Positions 55,650 to 64,000 of a stretch of 64,000 bases of DNA are shown here, one piece after another. Source of the stretch: an uncultured Actinomycetes bacterium (GTDB taxonomy: Bacteria > Actinomycetota > UBA4738 > HRBIN12); contig CAVZKB010000015.1 of assembly GCA_963775755.1 (NCBI GenBank), positions 131,127-195,126 of the forward strand. The letters run 5' to 3'. The number at the start of each line of letters is the position of its first letter. Position 1 is the first letter of the stretch. Position numbers and translations under genes: made by a program. Below the pieces are notes generated by a model. It was not told the DNA's origin, ran no database searches, and was given only the letters and a program-made list of their open reading frames with translations.

Positions 55650-57746
55650 TCAGACGCCCACCGGGATCGAGCCGAGCACGCGGGTTCCGCTCCCCGGGGC
55701 GCTCTCGATGTGAAGCCGCCCACCCAGGGCGTCGAGCCGATCGGCCATGCCCTGCAATCCCGTGCCGTAGGACGTGGTCGTAGCGTCGAACCCACGGCCG
55801 TCGTCCTGGACGCCGAACGTCAGCGCGCCGTTCGCCCGCGAGAGGCGGATCGTGATCCGTCGGGCGTCCGCGTACTTCGTGGCGTTGTTCAACGCCTCGA
55901 GCGCGCAGAAGTAGACGGTGGCCTCGACCTCGGGCGAGTAGCGTCCGATGTCCTGCGGATCGGCCTCCAACTCGACCGGCATGGCAGCCTTCCGGGCCTG
56001 GGCCTCCAGTGCGGGGGCGAGTCCTTTGTCGGCAAGGAGGGGAGGGTAGATGCCCCGGGCGAGGTCTCGAAGGTTCTCGAGGGCATCGTTCGCGTCCCCC
56101 TGGAGTTGGTCGGTGAGCGCGGCAACCGAGGACGGGTCGCGCTCGGCGGACTGGCGGAGCAATCGAAGCTTCACGGCGAGCGCCACGAGCTGCTGTTGAG
56201 CTCCGTCGTGGATGTTCCGTTCGAGCCGTCGGCGGGCCTCGTCCTGGGCGGTCACCAGGCGTTGACGCGAGGCACGGAGCTCCTCGATCAGCGTTGCGTT
56301 CGCGATCACGGCGCCCGCCTGAGCCGCGAGATCACCGATCAGTCGTTCCTTCTCCGGGGTCATCGGGTCGCTGGGGGGCATCGTCACCGCGATGGCACCC
56401 AAGAGCTTCCCTCCGTGGAAGACGGCTTCGGCATGGTCCTCGGGCAGGTAGGGGAGGGTGTCGCCATCGAGCGCGACGGATGCGGCACCCTCGGCCGTGG
56501 TGGCGCCGACCGACAGCTCCCGGCCGACCCGCACCCATACCCGCGCCCTGTCGGCGCCCACGCCGGCCGCGGCGATCTGCGCCATCCGCGGGAGCACGTC
56601 GTCGGTCGTGTAGGCCCCCGCGGCGCGCCGCGAGAACTCGGCGAGGACCTCGTACGGGGTCGCGCGCCCGCCGAAGACCCAGCGGTCGGCGATCTGTTCC
56701 GCCAGTCGCCTGAACGGGCCGATGAAGGCGCCGAGGGAGAACGCGAGCGCGACGCGCAGTCCCGTGGCGGAGCCGGCGACGAAGACCCCGACCGCGGCCG
56801 CGACGAGCAGGAACGCCGCGGTCATCAGCACGACGAGGACGCCGAACACGACCGTCTTGCGGATCACGAGGTCGACGTCGTAGAGGCGGTAGCGAAGGAT
56901 CGCGATCGCGATCGAGACGGGGATGATCAAGAGCGCCAGGACCATGAGCCACGTGTAGGCGTGGATCAGCGGGAGGGCGTCGATCTCGGCGATCGACCTG
57001 CTCGGCGAGAGCACCCATGCACCGGCGACCGTGAAGAGGTACAGGGCGAAGGTGGCGACGAGGAACGCGGCTGCCAGCGTCAGCCATTTCAGCTGCTCGC
57101 GCTGCTCTCCCGTCGCTCGGCGGAACCGCACGACGACGCTGGCCAGACCGATGGCCAGGGACGACAAGAGCCCGAACGCGAACGGGCTGCCGATCGACGT
57201 CACGCCCCGCACGCCGAGCGGATTGGGCACCTGGGGGTAGAACTCGAACGGCGAGGTCAGCACGAGGCTGAGGAGGAATATCCCGGCGCTGACGAGGCTC
57301 ACGCCGAGCCAGATGCCCCACCGTCGTGACAGGAGGTGTCCGTCCGGGAAGAGCGCGAACATCACCCCGAGCGATGCGATCGGCGGGACCCAGACCCATT
57401 CGACGAGGTTCTCCGCGATGCCGGACGTGAGCGCGGTGCTCTGTCTGCCGCCCACCGTCCAGATGACGTACGGGCCGGCGACGCCTTGGATCACGGTGAA
57501 GATGGACGCCGCGCAGAGGATCTTCCCGATGGCGTTGTCAGGCGCGCGTGTGGCGATGAGCGCGCCGGTGACCGCGAACGCCAGGCTGACGGGGATCGCG
57601 AACCCTCGCGGCCCGAACCAGGACGGTGGGAGCGGGACGTGGCGGGCCGAGACCTCCAGGGCGAGCCCCACCGCGGAGAGCACGACGACGACTCCCAGGA
57701 TCCACCAGGGCCACCGGGGCGGATGTGCGCGCTGCATCGCCACCAT
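55650..57746 (-). CDS. Sensor histidine kinase (HisKA_3/NarL-type) with a large polytopic N-terminal membrane domain
   Basis: ORF 55650..57857 trimmed to the ATG at 57746 (MVAMQRAHPPRWPWWILGVVVVL...). Eight or more TM helices over ~330 aa. H-box ERNIHDGAQQQLVAL. HATPase_c N-box LEALNNATKYA and G-boxes DDGRGFD, GTGLQGMADR. No response regulator is adjacent. Confidence 0.85.
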   Translation of the reverse strand: MVAMQRAHPPRWPWWILGVVVVLSAVGLALEVSARHVPLPPSWFGPRGFAIPVSLAFAVTGALIATRAPDNAIGKILCAASIFTVIQGVAGPYVIWTVGGRQSTALTSGIAENLVEWVWVPPIASLGVMFALFPDGHLLSRRWGIWLGVSLVSAGIFLLSLVLTSPFEFYPQVPNPLGVRGVTSIGSPFAFGLLSSLAIGLASVVVRFRRATGEQREQLKWLTLAAAFLVATFALYLFTVAGAWVLSPSRSIAEIDALPLIHAYTWLMVLALLIIPVSIAIAILRYRLYDVDLVIRKTVVFGVLVVLMTAAFLLVAAAVGVFVAGSATGLRVALAFSLGAFIGPFRRLAEQIADRWVFGGRATPYEVLAEFSRRAAGAYTTDDVLPRMAQIAAAGVGADRARVWVRVGRELSVGATTAEGAASVALDGDTLPYLPEDHAEAVFHGGKLLGAIAVTMPPSDPMTPEKERLIGDLAAQAGAVIANATLIEELRASRQRLVTAQDEARRRLERNIHDGAQQQLVALAVKLRLLRQSAERDPSSVAALTDQLQGDANDALENLRDLARGIYPPLLADKGLAPALEAQARKAAMPVELEADPQDIGRYSPEVEATVYFCALEALNNATKYADARRITIRLSRANGALTFGVQDDGRGFDATTTSYGTGLQGMADRLDALGGRLHIESAPGSGTRVLGSIPVGV

Positions 57747-57898
57747 CGTGCCACCTCGCACGTGGACGAACGGAAGTGAACGAACCCCACGGTCGAAGGT
57801 GGTGGCAGCACCACGGTCTGTCCGGCGTTGACGGCCTTTCCGCTGGTCACCTACCATCCCTGAGCCGCGAGGCGCACCTGCACCACGGTAAATCTCAC

Positions 57899-59524
57899 AT
57901 GCCGGTTCGGTGCGCGCCCCGCGCGCGGAAGGGGTTGGTTCCCATAGACACCACCGAGACGGCGGCCGCGCCTGAGCGCGACCTGACGCCGGAAGAGCTC
58001 GTCATCGCCATGGAGGAATCGCTCCGTGACTTCAACGACGGAGACATCGTCGAGGGCACGGTCGTCAAGATCGATCGCGACGAGGTCCTGCTGGACATCG
58101 GCTACAAGTCGGAGGGCGTGATCCCGAGCAAGGAGCTCTCGATCCGCCACGACGTCGACCCCAACGAGGTCGTGAAGGTCGGCGACAAGATCGAAGCGCT
58201 CGTCCTGCAGAAGGAGGACAAGGAAGGCCGGCTGATCCTGTCCAAGAAGCGCGCGCAGTACGAGCGCGCGTGGGGCCGCATCGAGGAGGTCATGCGCTCC
58301 GGCGAGACGATCACCGGTCCCGTGATCGAGGTCGTCAAGGGCGGGCTCATCCTGGACATCGGCCTGCGAGGGTTCCTGCCGGCGTCGCTCGTGGACCTGC
58401 GACGCGTCCGCGACCTGCACCCGTTCGTCGGTCAGGAGCTCGAGGCGAAGATCATCGAGCTCGACCGCAACCGGAACAACGTCGTGCTCTCCCGTCGCGC
58501 GTTCCTGGAGGAGTCGCAGTCCGAGGGTCGCAAGAAGTTCCTCGAGGGGCTCACGAAGGGCGAGCGGCGCAAGGGCACCGTCAGCTCCATCGTGAACTTC
58601 GGCGCGTTCGTCGACCTGGGCGGCGTGGACGGTCTGGTCCACGTGTCCGAGCTTTCGTGGAAGCACGTCGACCATCCGGGCGAGGTCGTCACGGTCGGCC
58701 AGGAGGTCGAGGTCGAGGTGCTCGACGTCGACCTGGAACGCGAGCGCGTGTCGCTCTCGCTCAAGGCCACGCAGGAGGACCCTTGGAAGGAGTTCGAGCG
58801 GCGGTATCAGGCCGGCGAGATCATCGAGGGTCAGGTCACCAAGCTCGTGCCGTTCGGCGCGTTCGTCCGGGTGGCGCAGGGCATCGAGGGCCTGGTCCAC
58901 ATCTCCGAGCTGAGCCACGAGCACGTCGATACGCCGGAGTCGGTGCTGGCGGTGGGCGACGAGGTCCGCGCGAAGGTGATCGATGTCGACGTCTCCCGCC
59001 GGCGCGTCAGCCTCTCGATGCGACAGGTGACGGAGAAGCCGCGCGCCACCGAGATCGAGGTGGAGAAGGAGGTGGCACCCGCCGCATCCGCCGAGCCCGA
59101 GATGGCTCCGGCCAGGCTCGAGGTCCCACAGGCCATCCTCGACGCCGTCGCGGAGGCGGAGGCGACGGCCGAGGCCACCGCCGAAGAGTTGTCCGTCACG
59201 GAGGCGGCCATGGACGCGCTCGCCGAGGTTTCGGCGTCGGCAGACACCGCCGAGCTGACGGAGCCCACGGAGGGTGCGCAGGCGCCGGAGGAGACGCAGC
59301 CCGAGGCGCCGGCCGACGAAGCACCGGTGTCGACGGAGGAACCGGCCGCGCCCTCGAACGCCGAGCCCGCTGCCGCCGAGCCCGCTGCTGCGGCCGAGCC
59401 CGCACCCGAAGCCGCGGTCGAGCCCGAGCCGAGTGCAGAGCCCGCAGAGGACACGACCCCCGACGAGGTGTCGCTCGAGGCCATCCTCGAGGACCTGAAG
59501 CGACGCGAAGGTCGCACCGAGTAG
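57899..59524 (+). CDS. rpsA: 30S ribosomal protein S1
   Basis: ORF 57626..59524 trimmed to the ATG at 57899. Four S1 domains ([32 protein letters not shown]...). Acidic Ala/Glu/Pro-rich C-terminal tail. Start uncertain by about 13 codons. Candidate promoter TTGACG (57823-57828) with TACCAT 17 nt downstream. Confidence 0.85.
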   Translation: MPVRCAPRARKGLVPIDTTETAAAPERDLTPEELVIAMEESLRDFNDGDIVEGTVVKIDRDEVLLDIGYKSEGVIPSKELSIRHDVDPNEVVKVGDKIEALVLQKEDKEGRLILSKKRAQYERAWGRIEEVMRSGETITGPVIEVVKGGLILDIGLRGFLPASLVDLRRVRDLHPFVGQELEAKIIELDRNRNNVVLSRRAFLEESQSEGRKKFLEGLTKGERRKGTVSSIVNFGAFVDLGGVDGLVHVSELSWKHVDHPGEVVTVGQEVEVEVLDVDLERERVSLSLKATQEDPWKEFERRYQAGEIIEGQVTKLVPFGAFVRVAQGIEGLVHISELSHEHVDTPESVLAVGDEVRAKVIDVDVSRRRVSLSMRQVTEKPRATEIEVEKEVAPAASAEPEMAPARLEVPQAILDAVAEAEATAEATAEELSVTEAAMDALAEVSASADTAELTEPTEGAQAPEETQPEAPADEAPVSTEEPAAPSNAEPAAAEPAAAAEPAPEAAVEPEPSAEPAEDTTPDEVSLEAILEDLKRREGRTE

Positions 59525-59555
59525 GCGGACCGGGTCCGAGGGCGGGGCCCACGAC

Positions 59556-60165
59556 ATGTTGCTCGTCGGTCTGACGGGAGGCATCGGCTCCGGGAAGTCA
59601 ACCGTGGGGGAGCTGCTCCGCGAACACGGCGCGATCGTCATCGATGCCGACGACCTCGCGCGCCGGGCGGTCGCGCGCGGGACGGACGGTTTCGACCGCG
59701 TGGTCGAGGCGTTCGGTCGCGGAGATCCTCGGCCCGGACGGCGACATCGATCGGGCGAGGCTGGCTGCGATCGTGTTCGCGGATCCGGCTCGCCTCCGCG
59801 CGCTCGAGGCGATCGTCCATCCGGAAGTCGCGCGGCTGTTCGCGGAGGCGATCGAGCCGTACCGCGATACCGATCGGGTAGTGGTGTACGCGATACCCCT
59901 GCTCGCTGAGAGCGGTCTGACCGGGGCGTTCGATGTGGTCGTCGTGGTCGTCGCCGACGTCGACCGCCGGATCGAACGGTTGATGCGTGACCGGGGGATG
60001 GCGGCCGACGAAGTCAGGGCCAGGGTCGCCGCGCAGCTGAGCGACGAGGAGCGCGCGCGGGTGGCCGACGTGCTGCTCGACAACGACGGCGAGGCCGAAC
60101 GCTTGGTCCCGCAGGTGAACCGGCTCTGGACGGACCTCGCGAAGCGCACCGGAGCCGTCCGGTGA
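59556..60165 (+). pseudogene. coaE: Dephospho-CoA kinase, disrupted by an apparent single-nucleotide insertion
   Basis: ORF 59556..59909 encodes [21 protein letters not shown]...VVEAFG and then nonsense. ORF 59644..60165 in the +1 phase encodes the rest (...[37 protein letters not shown]...). The two phases join at 59712-59724 (ttc ggt cgc g[g]ag atc ctc). Dropping one G gives [15 protein letters not shown], which matches the conserved CoaE sequence AFG(R/A)(D/E)IL..DG.LDR. Confidence 0.7.
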
Positions 60166-60202
60166 GGCGGCGGGGGGACGTGGCCTCGGTATCATCGCCC
60201 CG

Positions 60203-60901
60203 GTGAGGTACCGGGCGGTGTTCTTCGACGTCGGCGAGACGCTCGTCCATCCGTCCCCGTCGTTCCCTGAGCTCTTCGCCGAAGTGATCGGACGCGAGGG
60301 ACACCATGTGCTCGCGGACGACGTCCAACGAGCTTCCCGGGCGGTCTCCGAACGCTTCAGCCAGGCCTCGCGCGACGGCGAGCGCTGGACGACCAGCCCG
60401 GAGCGCTCTCGCGCGTTCTGGATCTCCGTCTACGTGTTGATGCTCGAGTCGCTCGAGCTGCCGTCCGGCGACGGGCTCAGGGACGCGCTGTACGAGGCGT
60501 TCACGGACCGTTCGAACTACGTGCTCTTCGACGACGTGCGACCGGCGCTCGAGCGGCTGGCGTCCGAGGGATACTCGCTAGGGCTCATCTCGAACTTCGA
60601 GGCGTGGCTGGACGATCTGCTCGGCGACCTCGGCGTGCGAGATGCGTTCGCCGTCCGCGTGATCTCCGGGGTGGAGGGCGTTGAGAAGCCGGACCCGCGG
60701 ATCTACCGGATGGCGCTCGAGCGCGCACACCTCGAGGCGGGCGAGGCCGCGTACGTGGGCGACAGCCCGGAGTTCGACGTGGGCCCTTCCGCCGCGGTGG
60801 GCATGTTCCCCGTGCTGATCGATCGCAGGGGACGGCATCCGGACTACGTCGGCGCCCGGATCACCGACATGTCCGAGCTGCACGAGGTGCTGGATGGCTG
60901 A
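60203..60901 (+). CDS. HAD-superfamily hydrolase
   Basis: 232 aa. Motif I FFDVGETL (DxG). Motif II SNF. Motif III K...GDS (YVGDSPEFDV). Confidence 0.75.
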   Translation: MRYRAVFFDVGETLVHPSPSFPELFAEVIGREGHHVLADDVQRASRAVSERFSQASRDGERWTTSPERSRAFWISVYVLMLESLELPSGDGLRDALYEAFTDRSNYVLFDDVRPALERLASEGYSLGLISNFEAWLDDLLGDLGVRDAFAVRVISGVEGVEKPDPRIYRMALERAHLEAGEAAYVGDSPEFDVGPSAAVGMFPVLIDRRGRHPDYVGARITDMSELHEVLDG

Positions 60902-61268
60902 TCACGAGCGGCGGTTCACGCCTGAGGAGGCGAACGCGGAGCTCGCCGAACTTCGCGAACGCTTGCCGCGCCTGCGAGACGCGCGGCGTGATGTCATCCG
61001 CTCGAGCGAGCGGATCACGGAGGCGGTCGCTGCGGATGGCGGGGGAGTGGCCGGGAGCGATTGGTTCGAAGCGCAGATGACCTTGAAAGCCGAGGTGATC
61101 TACCTGGCCGAGCGCGGGATCCTGCTCCGTGATCCCGAGACGGGGTTGGTGGATTTCCCGGGTGAGGTCGGCGATCGTCCGGTGTTCCTGTGCTGGCGGC
61201 TGGGTGAGGACGAGGTCGCCTGGTACCACGATGAGCATGCGGGGTTCTCCAGCAGGAAGCCTCTGTGA
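60894..61268 (+). CDS. DUF2203-like conserved hypothetical protein
   Basis: 124-aa ORF (…RFTPEEANAELAELRERLPRL…WFEAQMTLKAEVIYLAERGILLRDPETGLVDFPGEV…VFLCWRLGEDEVAWYHDEHAGF). Overlaps both neighbours by 8 and 4 nt. Family assignment is from memory. Confidence 0.6.
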   Translation: MADHERRFTPEEANAELAELRERLPRLRDARRDVIRSSERITEAVAADGGGVAGSDWFEAQMTLKAEVIYLAERGILLRDPETGLVDFPGEVGDRPVFLCWRLGEDEVAWYHDEHAGFSSRKPL

Positions 61269-62269
61269 GCAGGACGCCCGCGCGGAAGCCGGTCGTGGTG
61301 GTCATGGGGGCTACCTCCGACGAGCCGCCGCCGGGCATCGACGCGATCGCGGGCGACGTCGAACTTCGCTACGCGTCGGACCTGCCCTCGCTCGAGCACG
61401 AGATCGTCGACGCCTCGGTCGTCTACACGTGGTGGGGTGATCGCGACGACCTGGAAGCGGCCTGGCCACTCGCCGGCAACCTGAAGTGGGTCGCGGCATC
61501 CAACGTCGGCATCAACAGCTTGCTGTTCCCCGCGCTCGTGGAGAGCGACGTGATCCTCACCAACGCGCGCGGAGCGCCGGACCGACCGATCGCCGAGACC
61601 GTGGTCGGGTTCGTGGTCGCCATGGCGAAGGGGTTCCGAGTGATGTTCGAGCGGCAACGTCTGCATGAGTGGGAGACCCGCGAGATGCAGCGTCTCGCCG
61701 GGCTCCGGGTCCTGGTCGTCGGACCGGGCCCGATCGGCAGGACGATCGCGCGGGCGCTCCGAGACGGACTCGCGATGGGCGTGGACGCGGTCGGGCGTAC
61801 CGGCCGGCCGGGCGACGACGTGTTCGAGACCATCTGGGGTGCCGACGAACTGCACGCGGCGCTCGCCGGCGCCGACTACGTGATCGACACCTTGCCGTTG
61901 ACGCCGCAGACGCGTGGGATCTTCGACGCCGCGGCGTTCGCCGCCATGAAGTCGTCCGCCCGCTTCGTGAACGTCGGTCGCGGAGCGACGGTGGTGGAGG
62001 CCGCGCTCGTCGATGCGCTGGCATCCGGTGCGATCGCCGGCGCGGCCCTCGACGTGTTCGAACGGGAACCGCTGCCGGCTGAGAGCCCGTTGTGGGACAT
62101 GCAGAACGTCATCGTCTCTCCGCACGATTCCGGCGACGTCGTGGGCTGGGAGGCTGACTTCGCGGCGGTGTTCTACGACAACCTGCGCCGATACTTGCGC
62201 GGGGAGCCGTTTCGCAACGTCGTCGACAAGCGGCTCGGGTTCCCGACGAGCGACGATCGCTTGCCGTAG
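61265..62269 (+). CDS. D-isomer-specific 2-hydroxyacid dehydrogenase family protein
   Basis: 334 aa. NAD-binding motif VVGPGPIGRTIA. Catalytic region (...FVNVGRGATV...ALDVFEREPLP...SPHDSG). GTG start overlaps the upstream stop. Confidence 0.85.
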   Translation: MSRTPARKPVVVVMGATSDEPPPGIDAIAGDVELRYASDLPSLEHEIVDASVVYTWWGDRDDLEAAWPLAGNLKWVAASNVGINSLLFPALVESDVILTNARGAPDRPIAETVVGFVVAMAKGFRVMFERQRLHEWETREMQRLAGLRVLVVGPGPIGRTIARALRDGLAMGVDAVGRTGRPGDDVFETIWGADELHAALAGADYVIDTLPLTPQTRGIFDAAAFAAMKSSARFVNVGRGATVVEAALVDALASGAIAGAALDVFEREPLPAESPLWDMQNVIVSPHDSGDVVGWEADFAAVFYDNLRRYLRGEPFRNVVDKRLGFPTSDDRLP

Positions 62270-62287
62270 AACGGCACCGCTCATAGG

Positions 62288-63205
62288 GTGGGCGACGTGA
62301 ACGACCGAGTGATCGACGTCAAGGGACTGCGCAAGTCTTACGGCGATTTCGAAGCCGTGAAAGGGATCGACATCCACGTGGATCGCGGCGAGGTCTTCGC
62401 CCTCCTCGGGCCGAACGGAGCGGGCAAGACGACGACGGCGGAGATCCTCGAGGGGTTCCGCGAGCGGAGCGCCGGCGACGTGGACGTCCTCGGCCACGAC
62501 CCTGCGGATCGACCGGTCGACCTGCGGCGAAGGATGGGGATCGTCCTCCAGTCGACCGGCGTGGACCCCTACCTCACCGTCCGGGAGACCGTCGAGCTGT
62601 ACGCGGGCTACTACCCCAACCCCCGTTCCGTCGACGAGGTGATCGAGGTCGTGGGGCTCGAGGATAAGCGCGACGCCCGGGTGGACAAGCTGTCGGGTGG
62701 TCAGCAACGCCGGCTGGACGTGGCGATCGGCCTGTCGGGCGATCCGGAGCTCCTGTTCCTGGACGAGCCGACAACCGGGTTCGACCCGAGCGCCCGTCGC
62801 CTCGCCTGGGAGATGGTCAAGAACCTGACTGCGCTCGGCAAGACGGTCTTCCTCACCACGCATTTCATGGACGAGGCGCAGTTCCTGGCGAGTCGCGTCG
62901 CGGTGATCGCGCGGGGCGAGATCGTCGCCGAGGGCCCTCCGTCGACCCTAGGGGGACGCGACACCATGCAAACCGTCATCCGCTTCCGGCTTTCCGACCA
63001 TCTGGAGGCGGTCCCTCCGCTCGGCCAGATCGCGACCGGCGACGGAACGTTCGAGGTCCACGTGGACGACACGACGAAGGCGCTGCACGAGCTGACGACC
63101 TGGGCGCTCGATCACGACACGCGGCTCGAACGCCTGGAGGTCACACAGCCCACGCTCGAAGACGTCTACCTGGAGCTCACCGGCGGAGAGCGGGGGACGG
63201 AGTGA
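62288..63205 (+). CDS. ABC transporter ATP-binding protein (ABC-2/DrrA-like exporter)
   Basis: 305 aa. Walker A GPNGAGKTT. Signature LSGGQQRRLDVAIGL. Walker B LLFLDEPTTGFD. Confidence 0.85.
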   Translation: MGDVNDRVIDVKGLRKSYGDFEAVKGIDIHVDRGEVFALLGPNGAGKTTTAEILEGFRERSAGDVDVLGHDPADRPVDLRRRMGIVLQSTGVDPYLTVRETVELYAGYYPNPRSVDEVIEVVGLEDKRDARVDKLSGGQQRRLDVAIGLSGDPELLFLDEPTTGFDPSARRLAWEMVKNLTALGKTVFLTTHFMDEAQFLASRVAVIARGEIVAEGPPSTLGGRDTMQTVIRFRLSDHLEAVPPLGQIATGDGTFEVHVDDTTKALHELTTWALDHDTRLERLEVTQPTLEDVYLELTGGERGTE

Positions 63206-64000
63206 GCGCGATCGGACTCACGCTCCGTCAGGTCCGGTTCACGAACAAGTCGTTCTGGCGCAACCCGGCGTCGGCGTTCTTCACGTTCGCGTTCCCGTTG
63301 ATGTTCCTCGTGATCTTCACCGCGTTGCTGGGAAGCGGCGACGCGAGGATCAACGGCGTCTTGATCAATCAGGCCACGTACTACGTCGTCGCGATGGCGT
63401 CGTTCGGCGTGATCACCGCGACGTACACGAACATCGCGATCAGTGTCACGTTCCAACGGGAGGCCGGGATCTTGAAGCGGACCCGCGGCACGCCGCTCCC
63501 CGGCTGGGCGTATCTCGCCGCGCGCGTGTCGCACGCGATGTTCGTCTCGTTCATCCTCGTGGTCATCACGATGGCTTTCGGCGTCGCGTTCTACTCGGCC
63601 CACGTTCCGTCGGGGATCGGACTGATCGAGTTCCTCATCGCGCTCGTCGTGGGAGGCCTGACGTTCTGCGCGCTCGCCCTCGCCCTGACCTCGATCATCC
63701 CGAACGCGGACGCCTCGCCGGCGATCGTGAACGCGTCGATCTTCCCGCTCCTGTTCCTCTCGGGGATCTTCATCCCGATCCTCGACAGCTCGCCCGAATG
63801 GATCAAAGTGGTGGGGCGCATATTCCCGGTGAAGCACTTCACGGATGCGATGCGAGCGGGGTTCTTGAGCGACGTCACCGCACGGACACCGCTCGGCCCG
63901 GTGAAGGCGTTCCCGTTCCACTGGTCGGACGTCGGCATGGTGGCCCTGTGGGGCGTCGTCGGGCTGATCCTCGCCACGCGGTTCTTCAGCTGGGAGCCCC
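63202..64000 (+). CDS. ABC-2 family transporter permease, 3'-truncated by window end
   Basis: Hand translation from the GTG at 63202 (overlaps the ATPase stop as GTGA): VSAIGLTLRQVRFTNKSFWRNPASAFFTFAFPLMFLVIF... At least five TM helices. Open to the window end. Missing from the ORF track because no stop codon falls inside the window. Confidence 0.7.
   Translation, partial: MSAIGLTLRQVRFTNKSFWRNPASAFFTFAFPLMFLVIFTALLGSGDARINGVLINQATYYVVAMASFGVITATYTNIAISVTFQREAGILKRTRGTPLPGWAYLAARVSHAMFVSFILVVITMAFGVAFYSAHVPSGIGLIEFLIALVVGGLTFCALALALTSIIPNADASPAIVNASIFPLLFLSGIFIPILDSSPEWIKVVGRIFPVKHFTDAMRAGFLSDVTARTPLGPVKAFPFHWSDVGMVALWGVVGLILATRFFSWEP

Noticed and set aside
61100-62863. 587-aa minus-strand ORF antisense to the 2-hydroxyacid dehydrogenase and ABC ATPase genes
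   Set aside because: Antisense to two genes with clear Rossmann and Walker motifs. No domains of its own.

Overview
High-GC (~70%) chromosomal segment from an actinobacterium (Actinomycetota), inferred from FtsZ, SepF, DivIVA/Wag31 and PriA-type HisA, with conserved synteny throughout.

Minus-strand head: a MoxR AAA+ ATPase, a DUF58 protein and a transglutaminase-like membrane protein form an operon. The last gene runs off the window edge; I reconstructed it by hand. A stand-alone HNH endonuclease gene lies beside it.

The division and cell-wall (dcw) cluster follows on the plus strand: mraZ, rsmH, ftsL, ftsI, murE, murF, mraY, murD, ftsW, murG, murC, murB, ftsQ, ftsZ. Most junctions overlap by ATGA/GTGA. 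Downstream are ylmE (YggS), sepF, ylmG (YggT) and divIVA. ileS converges on the minus strand behind a T-box leader.

Next come DUF167, a DksA/TraR zinc-finger protein, lspA, an RluA-family pseudouridine synthase and dnaE. Then priA(hisA), trpC, trpB, trpA. A LivKHMGF-type branched-chain amino-acid ABC importer follows, then an ornithine-cyclodeaminase-family gene and a frameshifted FAD (DAO-family) oxidoreductase. tRNA-Leu(CAA) sits on the minus strand immediately after it.

A second, polar-amino-acid ABC system follows with unusual fusions: a type I plus type II binding-protein lipoprotein, and a permease fused to its ATPase. Then an FTR1 iron permease with a cupredoxin lipoprotein (minus), polA, and an orphan multi-TM histidine kinase translationally coupled to a secreted CBM4_9-type protein (minus). 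The tail holds rpsA, a frameshifted coaE, a HAD hydrolase, DUF2203, a 2-hydroxyacid dehydrogenase, and an ABC-2 exporter pair cut by the window end.

No transposase, integrase, CRISPR array or rRNA was found. Many long ORFs in the six-frame track are antisense or out-of-frame shadows of these genes, as expected for GC-rich DNA.

Items most worth a second look: the two fusion proteins in the second ABC system; two single-nucleotide frameshifts (DAO oxidoreductase and coaE) that share a local sequence context; the histidine-kinase plus secreted-protein pair; paired palindromes upstream of moxR; an MraZ-box array; the T-box upstream of ileS; DnaA-box-like motifs upstream of dnaE; and a repeat-rich 304-bp convergent spacer. 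One discrepancy: around 5280-5340 my hand count of the printed sequence sits 1 nt off the ORF-track coordinates. I kept the ORF-track coordinates wherever they exist.
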